A stretch of DNA of 49,895 nt from Chrysochromulina tobinii. Lineage: Eukaryota. The DNA is taken from the NCBI GenBank assembly GCA_001275005.1, contig JWZX01003403.1, forward strand, positions 1 through 49,895. The letters run 5' to 3'. Within the stretch, counting starts at the first letter, position 1. Every line of letters begins with the position of its first letter. The notes under the pieces were generated by a model that saw nothing but the letters and a program-made list of their open reading frames with translations, ran no database searches and had not been told where the DNA came from. Shown here one piece after another: positions 27,701-36,274 of the stretch. A program made the translations under genes and the position numbers.

Positions 27701-29103
27701 CTCTCCCAGAGGCGAGTACGCGGCTCAGGAACGTTCTCACGAAGCCGCCCCCGCACGTCACGCTGGCCCTCGACGACGGTGAGCCGCTCGACTACACCGA
27801 AGATGACCTGACGCGCCGGGCGGTGCATCCTGAGGCCACGCTATGCCACGTGGCTCAGGCCCATGATGGACGCGTGAGCCAGCTGCTCATGGCAATGCTC
27901 GGCGGCGATGTGGCGCTGCTGCGTGGTGACGCCACGGCTGAGCAGCTCGCCAAGCTGGGCAGCCTGCTGCTCTCACGTGCTCAAGCGCCGCTCGGCTTCA
28001 TGCGTGGCCTCGATGCTGCGAAACTCGAGCCAGGCGTGCGGCTCGATGCCGACACGCACCTGCTGGAGATCGACGGCGATGTGCACCCTCCTGATGCGGC
28101 CGCCGCACAAGCCGCCTACCTCGCTAACCTCGTCCATCTCCCCGAGGGCGAGCAGGGCGACGCCGTCCGCTTCGCGCTCTATGGGGCGCTCGGCAAGACG
28201 GTCGCACTGCTCGCGCCAGCGGCCACGGTGAGCGACTTGACGCACTACTCGTTTCGTCACAATCTGCCCGACGTGGTGCTCCTTGGTCCGCACCATGCTG
28301 CTCACGACGACGCTCACGACCTGGGGACGAAAGGGACTGCTACAGAGGCGGCGGGAGCAGCGGCGCCGGCGCCTCCGTTTGTCGCCATCCTACGCGGCGT
28401 CTCGACCTCGATCGTTCGCCTGCCCGTCGCCCGAGGCAGCCTGAGCGCTCTGTCGATCGAGTTGCCCTTGGCCGAGCTCGACGATGTTCCTAGCGGCTCG
28501 GCCGCTGCTTCCGACGCCGCCGGCGCGCAACTCATCAGCGAGATCGACGAAGAGGATGATGAGGACCAGATTGAGATTCGCATGCTGCACACGGCGGCAG
28601 CAGCCAGCTTCGGCGCGCCCGCTAGTCAGGCGCCTTCTCTTGATGCGGGCTCGACGCTCACCCAAGCCCTCGGCGCGACGGCCCCGGGGCGCGCATGTCT
28701 CGAGTTGCTGCGCGCGCGCCGCGAGCACTGTGCCGCGGCTTCGGAGGTCGTACGACTGGGCAGCGCGCTCACGCCGCTCAAAGAGGAATGTCAATCGATC
28801 CGCCAAGAGCACACGAGAGCGGATGCGCGGGCCTCCGCGATGGCAGCGACGCTCAACGCCTGCCGCAAGCGAATACGCGAGATTGACGAGGCGCACCACG
28901 CGGCCGAGATCGACCGAGATCGACGCGAGATCGATGAGGCGCACCACGCGGCCGAGGCGGGCCCAAGTGAGCTCGAGGCAGCACGCGGCTTCGTGCGCGT
29001 CGCCCACCATGGCGCAGTTGCGAGCGATGGGCAGGTAGTGCAATCGCCGGCCACGCTCGGCAACGGCGAGCCACGTTCCCGCCGCCGCCTCGATCCCGAC
29101 TGA
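21707..29103 (+). CDS. SMCHD1/GMI1-like protein: GHKL ATPase, S5-like domain, long beta-rich linker, coiled coil and SMC hinge (4 exons)
   Basis: Exons are 21707 (or 21828)-21922, 22050-22279, 22458-22684 and 22837-29103. GT-AG introns at 21923-22049, 22280-22457 and 22685-22836 join in frame. GHKL motifs: ALGEIFDNPIE, MLDNGKG, GEYGVGEK. SMCHD1-like blocks: FDVMLNGRRL, RWHGTLWL...DNSKAYL, EFCKWLDECHRHYDDEVEF. Hinge-like LCHVAQAHDGRVSQLLMAMLG...YLANLVHL...VRFALYGALG lies between coiled coils. Start at 21707 needs a 1-nt frameshift near 21844-21848. Confidence 0.8.
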
Positions 29104-29380
29104 TGTGCCGACAGTCGAGTTTCTCGAACCCTCGGGGGCTGCGCAGGGAGCGCCGGTGGCAGTGCCGTGGGAGCCCGGCCCAGCCGACTCTTCGCATGGC
29201 CGTACCGTACATGCACAGTCGGCACAGCAGAAAAGACCTCGTTTGGTTGACGCGCCACCATTCGGTACTAGTAGGCGGAGCTGCTGAGTGCTGTATTGTG
29301 TATTCAGCTGTATTTGCAAGACACTGTCTCGCAAATGGACATCTAGAGTCATATTTTTGTATCGTCGTGTAACGTGTATC

Positions 29381-29965
29381 CGGCGCTTCCCCACAGGTCC
29401 CTGGCGCCCGGCGCCCCCCCGGGGGTGCGGGTCATTAAGCGGAGTTATATCGACTTATCGTCTGATTAAGTCTGAGCACCGGGCATGACACCGGGACAGG
29501 TGAGGAAGGTGGAAGCCTCAGTGATTAACCGGCCCTCGCGAAAAAGCGCGCGCGCCGTGGGAAAGAGCCGAAGGTACCAAGGCGAGCCGATTGCGAGGAC
29601 GGCGGCCCCGACGGCGGCCCCGGCTCGGAGAGTCACTCTGCCAGAGTCGGAGTTCCCGCCCCGGGCCCCGGGACCAATCCGACTGGGAATGCGACTGACC
29701 GACTGTGCCTCCGGCTACAGGACGTCGGTGTAGGACTTGTAGAGCGACGGCTCGAGCATCTCACGAGAGCCTCTCCTCGCCGTCAATAACTCGCAGGCCA
29801 CCTCGTAAATCGGCGGCGCTGTGTGCGAGACGTAGCGCGCGTAAACCTTCTTGATTACAAATTAAAGCGTGTCTGTGTTTCATGTAGTTTACATGACCAG
29901 TAGATAACTAAAGTGTCTAAAGTCGAGTAAGACGCTCCTCAAGTACACCGAAACGAAACGAAACG
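29381..29965 (+). mobile_element. Candidate non-autonomous retroelement or structured RNA ending in a (CGAAA)3 tail
   Basis: Non-coding block with several stems, an AT-rich 3' part and the terminal short tandem repeat cgaaacgaaacgaaacg (29949-29965). Boundaries are approximate and no TSD was found. Confidence 0.35.
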
Positions 29966-30041
29966 ACAAACGGGAGCGGGAAGCCGGCGGTAGCTCTTTA
30001 CACACGTCACATGTGTGTATTCTGAGCGGGCATTAAACAGT

Positions 30042-30069
30042 GCCGTAGCACCGGTTGTCGCGTCTGTCG
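30042..30069 (+). promoter_or_regulatory. Dispersed 28-bp upstream element, copy B (42 nt before FKBP ATG)
   Basis: gccgtagcaccggttgtcgcgtctgtcg is the exact reverse complement of the + strand copies at 20662 and 36129. Confidence 0.6.
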
Positions 30070-30111
30070 CGTTAACGTTTACACGCAAAAAAAGGTTGTT
30101 CACAGGGCACG

Positions 30112-30661
30112 ATGATGAAGTCTCTTCTCCTCGTCGGTGCGATCGTCATCGCGACCGTCTCCGCTACGAACGAGGCTGGCCTCGCATTCCTGGCTGCGAA
30201 CAAAGAAAAGCCAGGGGTCGTCACGCTGGCCTCCGGCCTCCAGTACAAGGTGCTCTCTGCAGGCAGCGGCACCGATCACCCGCTTGTCAGCGCGCCATGT
30301 GAGTGCCACTACGAAGGGCGCACCGCGGCCAACTATCCCAGCGGCCCCGTCTTCGATTCGTCCTATGCCCGGGGCCAGCCGAGCACGTTTGCGCCCAACC
30401 AGGTCATCAAGGGTGAGTCTGGTGCGGTCAAGCATTCAGGACCTGCAACACTGACCCACGCGTTCGACCTCTCGCTGCCCAGGCTGGACGGAGGCGATGC
30501 AGCTCATGGTCGAGGGTGACAAGTGGGAGCTTTACATCCCGTCGGACCTCGCGTACGGCGACCGTGGCCGCCCACCCAAGATTGGAGGCGGTGACTGCCT
30601 GATCTTCACCATCGAGATCCTCAAGATCATGGGCGGCAAGAAGGCCAAGGAGGAGATGTGA
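30112..30661 (+). CDS. Secreted/ER FKBP-type peptidyl-prolyl isomerase (Mip/FkpA-like N-terminus), 2 exons
   Basis: Signal peptide; FLAANKEKPGVVTLASGLQYKVL; HYEG...FDSSYARG...NQVIKG. Intron 30413-30482 (gtgagt...cccag), then WTEAMQLMVEGDKWELYIPSDLAYG...LIFTIEIL. C-terminal KEEM* is KDEL-like. Confidence 0.92.
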
Positions 30662-31091
30662 CTGACCAAGAAACCGCGGGGCAGGGGCAGACGAGTCTCT
30701 AGAGACTCGCGACTGTGATCGCTCGGCAAGTCGGGGTAAACGCGCACCCGAGGCGCGAAGCGGCGACTCGGTGTGAGTGGATTGCTCCCTTATTGGCCCG
30801 TTTTTTGGTCCCTTATTTGGTCACCAGCGACGGCGCACCGGCGCACGACCGACGATGGCTGTACTCCAAATTATGTGCGCGATGTGTTGGCCGTGGTGTC
30901 GTCTGCTGGCAACTCATGGCCGCGATGGCGATGGGAAGATTCTGGTTTACGCGGAGGGGGGGCGGTTTTCCCCGCCGCGCCACGGAGAGCGGGGCGACGG
31001 GTGAGTGGGCGCGCGGCGCGGGGCGGCGGCGAGCGAGAGGTTGCGCACGGTGCGGGCTCCGGCTCGGCTACCAGCTGTATCGTATCATTGC

Positions 31092-31114
31092 GGTACCAAT
31101 AACTTATTGGTACC
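31092..31114. repeat. Perfect 11-bp inverted repeat (ggtaccaataa-c-ttattggtacc)
   Basis: Read directly; lies in a ~1-kb intergenic region. Confidence 0.85.
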
Positions 31115-31749
31115 TTTATAGTATCACGTTGTACCCGGGGGCGGGCTCTCTTTTGCACTTTTGCGGGCACCGCACTCCGGCACTGGTCCTGGTCGGGTCC
31201 GTGTTCCGGCCGCCGGCGCCCCGCGCCGGTCGGGTGGCTCGGCTGTCCGGTCCGGTGCGCGCGGCGCTGTTCCGCTGTATTATGCGGACTTGGGTATGCC
31301 GCGACGACGTGCGTAGCCGTCCTCCCCGCCTCCTGCGCTGTATAGAGACGAGATCCCTGATACTCGGTGTCGTATGTTCGGTCGGGCGAGCTGGTGTGGC
31401 CCTACGCAAAGGCTACGCCGCCGTGCGCCGAAACCGCTCGTTATGAATACGCCGCTATGTGGCGTGTCGCTGTGCGCTCATGTGTGCGCTGTCGGAAGCT
31501 GGCAACGGTTCGGGCCGGCGCCGGGCGCGGGTCCGCACGCTCCTCACCTCCGCACCCGCACGTTGCGAGCGTTTGAGGATTCATGCAGCGTCCATGTCTG
31601 ACTCTAGAACCTCGGAAGTTAGGGTCCGCGACAGGCCAAACTTGTATACAGGAGCTCGCCGACATGTCGCTGCACCTCTGCCCATGAGTGATGAGAGAGC
31701 GCACAGTCCACAGACACAGTGCACAGACACAGTCCACAGATGTGCAGGC

Positions 31750-33288
31750 TCACCCCATTGTGCAGCCCTTCGAGTGCGCTGTACGGAAGTCATACTGGTG
31801 GATCCAAAAGTTGGCGCCATATTTCTCGCCGAGCAGCACGGGCAATGCCTCGTGGTGTGTGCGCGTGTCGATGTTGTTGGGCGCATCAGCGAGGACGGAG
31901 GGCCACAGGACCGCCTTCCCCTTCTCGGGCTTGAAGGTGACGGGCGGCTTGAGGTCAGTGAACTTCGTGCCGCCACCGGCGCCCTCAGGAAGGTCGTTGA
32001 GGTACATGAACATGGTGTAGATGCGCACGCCCTGCACCCGGTGGCGGTCGCCGTCGATGTAGTCCGAATGGCGTTTATAGAAGGCGCACGATGGATCGCG
32101 CTCGCTCGGGCAAGCATGGTAGTAGACGAGCTGTGCGAACTCGGCGTTCGCCACAGGGGTTTGTGTGACGTCGCTCACACGCTGCTGCACGGCCTGCACG
32201 AGCGGGTCGTTCAGGCAGCTTCGCTCCTGGCACCACGTGTGGCGCGAGGTGCGGATCTCAGTCTTCACGTCCGTCATCTTGCCATCGGCGGAGAAGCCGA
32301 CGCCCCGTGACTCCGTGTACTTGCCCTTGCCGTGTCCGATGAAGGCATCCGCCTCGGCGTCGCTCAGGAAGGCGTGGAAGAGCACCACGGGCGGATCGTT
32401 CGAAATGAGCTCCGGCTTCAGATCGCGAAACTCCAACATGACGCGTTCAAAGGTGGCGTTCATCATACCGGGTGAGAGAGCGGGCAGCATAGAAGCATCG
32501 CGCGGGCAGCGCACGTTGTACTCGGCCAGCGAGGCCGCGAGCTTCTTCTCCTGCGCCGCGCGCGCCTCGGGCGAGCACGAGTAGGCGCAGCTGCGGTACA
32601 TGAAGCCCTTGTTGATCTCGCACTCCCCCGAGGCAGCCCAGGCGATGCACTCGCCAGGCTCCTTCCACGAGTCAACGAGCTCGCCCGTCGAGCTCGTGCG
32701 TGCCGCGTCCGCGCGCTCGCATGTGACCTTGCACTTGGCTCGCATAAACTCCGGGTTGGCGGTGCACTCGCCCTGCTTCGCCCACCCGGCGCATTCCTTG
32801 TCCTCGCCCTCGGCCGCAGCATTCCAGTTGTGGCCCGTGAGGCTGGGCTTCGCCGCCGAGGCAGCCTCCTCGCCGGCCGCGCTCGTCGGGAACTCCCACT
32901 GCGTCTCGCGCGTCGCGGTCTTAAAGTAGTATGTCTTTCCGCTCGTCGGATCCGTTGCCGAGCCCCAACCCTGTGGCAGCTGGCCGCTGGAATTCTCCGT
33001 CTTGGATGACGCATCTCGCCCAGGTGGAGGAGAGTCTCGACGAGGATGTGCCGCGTCTCGCCGCTGCGCTGCATCGGTCCGCGGTGACTGCGGTGCCTGC
33101 CCGCTCCTGGAGACAAATGCAATGCCAGCAGCCACGAGGACGACGACCGGCGCGGCCCACAGCATCGTCTTGGCAACGTCGGCGCGCTTTCGGCTGGTGC
33201 CCACCTTCTTCTTCGACGGTGGAGCGGCCGAAACTCCATCGGCCGGAACTCCGTCGGCCGGTGTTCCTGAGCTCTTCTTCTTTGCCAT
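31750..33288 (-). CDS. Prolyl 4-hydroxylase with N-terminal TM anchor, WW domain and two ShKT domains
   Basis: TM: MLWAAPVVVLVAAGIAFVS. WW: LPQGWGSATDPTSGKTYYFKTATRETQWEFP. ShKT: ECAGWAKQGECTANPEFMRAKCKVTC and ECIAWAASGECEINKGFMYRSCAYSC. P4H motifs: RTS, HSD, RIYTMFMYLND, GGGTKF, HEALPV, GEKYGANFW. Confidence 0.9.
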   Translation of the reverse strand: MAKKKSSGTPADGVPADGVSAAPPSKKKVGTSRKRADVAKTMLWAAPVVVLVAAGIAFVSRSGQAPQSPRTDAAQRRDAAHPRRDSPPPGRDASSKTENSSGQLPQGWGSATDPTSGKTYYFKTATRETQWEFPTSAAGEEAASAAKPSLTGHNWNAAAEGEDKECAGWAKQGECTANPEFMRAKCKVTCERADAARTSSTGELVDSWKEPGECIAWAASGECEINKGFMYRSCAYSCSPEARAAQEKKLAASLAEYNVRCPRDASMLPALSPGMMNATFERVMLEFRDLKPELISNDPPVVLFHAFLSDAEADAFIGHGKGKYTESRGVGFSADGKMTDVKTEIRTSRHTWCQERSCLNDPLVQAVQQRVSDVTQTPVANAEFAQLVYYHACPSERDPSCAFYKRHSDYIDGDRHRVQGVRIYTMFMYLNDLPEGAGGGTKFTDLKPPVTFKPEKGKAVLWPSVLADAPNNIDTRTHHEALPVLLGEKYGANFWIHQYDFRTAHSKGCTMG

Positions 33289-33470
33289 GCACTCTCACGA
33301 CACGGATCGCACGAGCGGAAATGTGCTTGCAAAAGATTCACGCCATGCAGGGCATCGTGAGGCGCTCGGATTTGAATGGGGAAAGGGTTCACTATTGGAT
33401 TCGGTGTCCGCGAGTAGCACTCGACGTTTCACGGGGTCTTCGGGACATTTCCAAGTCTTTGCGGGACGCA

Positions 33471-34247
33471 ATGGCCGCCTCTGGCGGCCGCGGCATCTGG
33501 CTCGCCTTCGCAGTTTCAGCTGTTGCAGGATTGGTGGCCGTGCCGGCGCCCAAGTTCACCTCGGCCATGACGCTGGCGGTGGCGCCGCGAGCCTTCATCT
33601 TCCTCCAGTATGGCGGACAGAATGGCTACGGCGGCTACGGTGGCCAGCAGGGGTACGGCGGCTCTGGCAGCCCGCAGGGCTACGGGCCGCAGCAAGGATA
33701 CGGCATGTCGGCTCCGGGTTACGGCACCCAGCAGGGCTACGGGATGGGCGGTCAGGGTTGGCATTTGGTGCCTCGCGGCGGCGTGGCGGGAGTTCTGAGG
33801 ACAGACCACACGGTGCCATTTGGCGGACGGCAGGTGCTGGGTCGCTACGACATGGTGGAGCAGCTCGGGCAGATGCTGACGATCTCACGGGAGCAGTGCA
33901 TCGTGCAGGTATCGCCCGACGGCATGGCCATGCTCACCTCGATGGGCAAACCTCCCACGGGCTGGAAGCAGGGCCGTGAGTTTCCGTGGCAATGGCTGCA
34001 GAGTGGGCAATCCGTTCAGCTCGCGCCCGGGAATAAGATCAGCTTGGACGCGGCGAACCCCGAGGAGGCTGTCTACATCTGCCAGCTAGTAGGCACCGCC
34101 GCCCCTCCCGGAGTGGACCCAGGCTACGGTCAGCAGGGCGGCTACGGTGGTTACCCGCAACAGGGCGGCTTCGGTCAGCAAGGGTACGGTCAGCAGGGCT
34201 ACGGTCAGCAGGGCTACGGTCAGCAGGGCGGCTACCGAGGCTACTAA
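33471..34247 (+). CDS. FHA-domain protein flanked by G/Y/Q-rich repeats, with hydrophobic N-terminal targeting peptide
   Basis: ATG at 33471 (MAASGGRGIWLAFAVSAVAGL). FHA-like VLGR...ISREQCIV...LTSMGKPPTG...LAPGNKISL. GYGQQ/GYGGY repeats on both sides. Confidence 0.75.
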   Translation: MAASGGRGIWLAFAVSAVAGLVAVPAPKFTSAMTLAVAPRAFIFLQYGGQNGYGGYGGQQGYGGSGSPQGYGPQQGYGMSAPGYGTQQGYGMGGQGWHLVPRGGVAGVLRTDHTVPFGGRQVLGRYDMVEQLGQMLTISREQCIVQVSPDGMAMLTSMGKPPTGWKQGREFPWQWLQSGQSVQLAPGNKISLDAANPEEAVYICQLVGTAAPPGVDPGYGQQGGYGGYPQQGGFGQQGYGQQGYGQQGYGQQGGYRGY

Positions 34248-34677
34248 AGCGTGGTTACGCCTCCAGATGGTTGAGATTGTCGAGCAGCAAGGTTCAGCAC
34301 ACAGCGACCCGGAGACGAGAGAGTTTGCAGGGCAGGAAGGGCCCTTGGAAGGGCCGTCTTTATCGCATCTCTGTGAACGATCGATTGCGGTGTGCGCCCC
34401 CGGCGCCCGCTTGTAGCACATCCCAAATGGACGATCTCAAAGATGCGTAGATAGCGTGTATATCCTTTCCTAAAGTACCTTTATGAAGTGGCAATGGGAA
34501 ATGAATTCGGACCGGTAAGGATCCCTCGGCCTCCAGCTCCACCCCGCCGCACCGGACCGCTGACCCGATGCCGCTGACTCGACTGTCTCCGCTCCGACAC
34601 GTCGACACGAGCATGACATCAACACGACAAGGGCAGCGGACCCCACACCCCACAGGAGTATGAGTGGGAGGTTCAAC

Positions 34678-35061
34678 CTAGGGTGATAGCCGCTCAAATG
34701 ATGAAACGTCGTATCCATAAGACTTGAGCAGCTCCAGCTGTTGAGCCCGCGTCTCTGGGTCTTCTGACAGCTCTATGGTCATCGACTGCGCCGCCTGCGG
34801 ATCGTTGAGGCTGGAGGTTGCGCAGTCGGCAGCCTTGTGGGTGGCAGTGGGCGGGATAGGCATCGTGTATTGCACGTCCGTCCGCAGCACGTACTTTGCG
34901 GGCGGCTTCATGAACAGAGGGCGGGCTGCCATGCAATCGAGTGGGGCCAGCGGCATGCCCTCGTGCAGCAGTGCGTCTGCCGAGTGCGAGACACCGGTGC
35001 GGCCCAGCTTGAAGCTCTGGCCGAAGCACAGCGCACTGCCGGTAATCGGGGTGACAGCCAC

Positions 35062-35094
<33 letters not shown>

Positions 35095-36021
35095 GCTGCT
35101 GCTGCTGCTGCTGCTCGTGGTGGTGGTGCTCCTGCTCGCCCCAGGCGCCGCCTCCTCGCTCAGCTCCTCGCTCAGCTCCTCGCCTTCCAAATGAAGAAGG
35201 GTCTCTCCACCAACAAAGCCGTCCGTCAGGTAGAGGAGCACGGACAGATGCGAGATCCGATCTCCGGCCGACCACGCCCACTGCCCGCGCGCGGCTGACG
35301 AGTACTTCCATCCGTCGCTTCGCATCTTCGACTCGCAGCCGTCGACGCCAATTTCGAGGCGGCTGCCGGGCCAGACCTCATCATAATGGGCCTTAAAGGC
35401 GTCTTTGCCGTCGCTCTCGTACCGATAGATGCGGCTGCGAGCGGACAGGCCGGCGATCACGTACTCGCCCGTCGGCGCACCCTCTACCAGCCGAATCCAA
35501 GGCGGTGTGCCTCCCGACGACTCGAGCCACTCGAGTGTGGGTGCGGGTGTACCAGGAGCGTGGATGGCGATGGTCCATGGGAGATGAGGCACGAGGCGCT
35601 TGAGGAGCTGAAGCTCGAGCTCTGCGTGCAGCACCCAAGAGAGAGCGCCATTCTGGCGCTCCTTTTCCGCATCTGCGGCGCGCTCGAACCCCATCGAGTC
35701 CGCCACAGCCACCATCCGTGCGGCCTCCGCAGCTGAAATGACGTTGTTCAGGAAGAATGCCGAGCGAGCGGTACCTAGATCTTGACGAGTGCTGACTGGT
35801 CCGACCTCGTCCAGCTTGAACCAAGGAGCGCACCACATGTTTGCGTATGGCGTTGCCTCATTGGATGCGCTCAGTACCTTCACAGGCACCTCAGCCGCGT
35901 TCATCGACAATGACCTTGCTTGACCATGAAGGGTCAGACGAGTCAGGCAACTGGCGGAACTGGGCACACGCAGACCATGTGCTAATGAGATGGCGAAGGC
36001 CCCAAGAAGAGTGCCCATCAT
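34678..36021 (-). CDS. 2OG-Fe(II) oxygenase (P4H-like), probably plastid-targeted
   Basis: RIYRY...FKAHYD, VLLYLTDGFVGGET, LLHEG, KYVLRTD (HxD...H...R). N-terminus MMGTLLGAFAISLAHGL is followed by an S/R-rich transit-like stretch. Confidence 0.85.
35063..35113. repeat. (CTG)n microsatellite encoding poly-Ser inside the oxygenase
   Basis: (ctg)10 ccg (ctg)6, read directly. Confidence 0.9.
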
Positions 36022-36128
36022 TTCAAAGAATTCCTTGCAGGGAGAGAGGGGCCGATTGGGCCGCAGATTTCTCCGAGGTGTTGTCGGTTGAGGAATTCGA
36101 TACTTTGTCCGTGTGAGCTTTATAAACA

Positions 36129-36156
36129 CGACAGACGCGACAACCGGTGCTACGGC
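36129..36156 (-). promoter_or_regulatory. Dispersed 28-bp upstream element, copy C (upstream of 2OG oxygenase ATG)
   Basis: Identical core to copy A; the flank ctgtt..tgcccgctc is shared with copy B. Confidence 0.6.
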
Positions 36157-36274
36157 GCTGTTACTGCCCGCTCGAACGTGTGGCCTGGGAATGGTGGCGC
36201 GTGCAAAATGACGACATCAGTCATCTCGGTACAACTGTCACGGCCGTGCATGCGCGCGAAAGTGCGTGTCTACA

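Noticed and set aside
29449..29620. Possible U2 snRNA, SRP RNA or hammerhead/HDV ribozyme
   Set aside because: No U2 branch-pairing GTAGTA context, SRP helix-8 motif, CUGANGA/GAAA hammerhead arrangement or HDV nested-pseudoknot order could be fitted.
32931..33470. 5' extension of the 438-aa ORF 32931..34247
   Set aside because: It overlaps the P4H gene antisense and the promoter gap; the plausible protein starts at ATG 33471.
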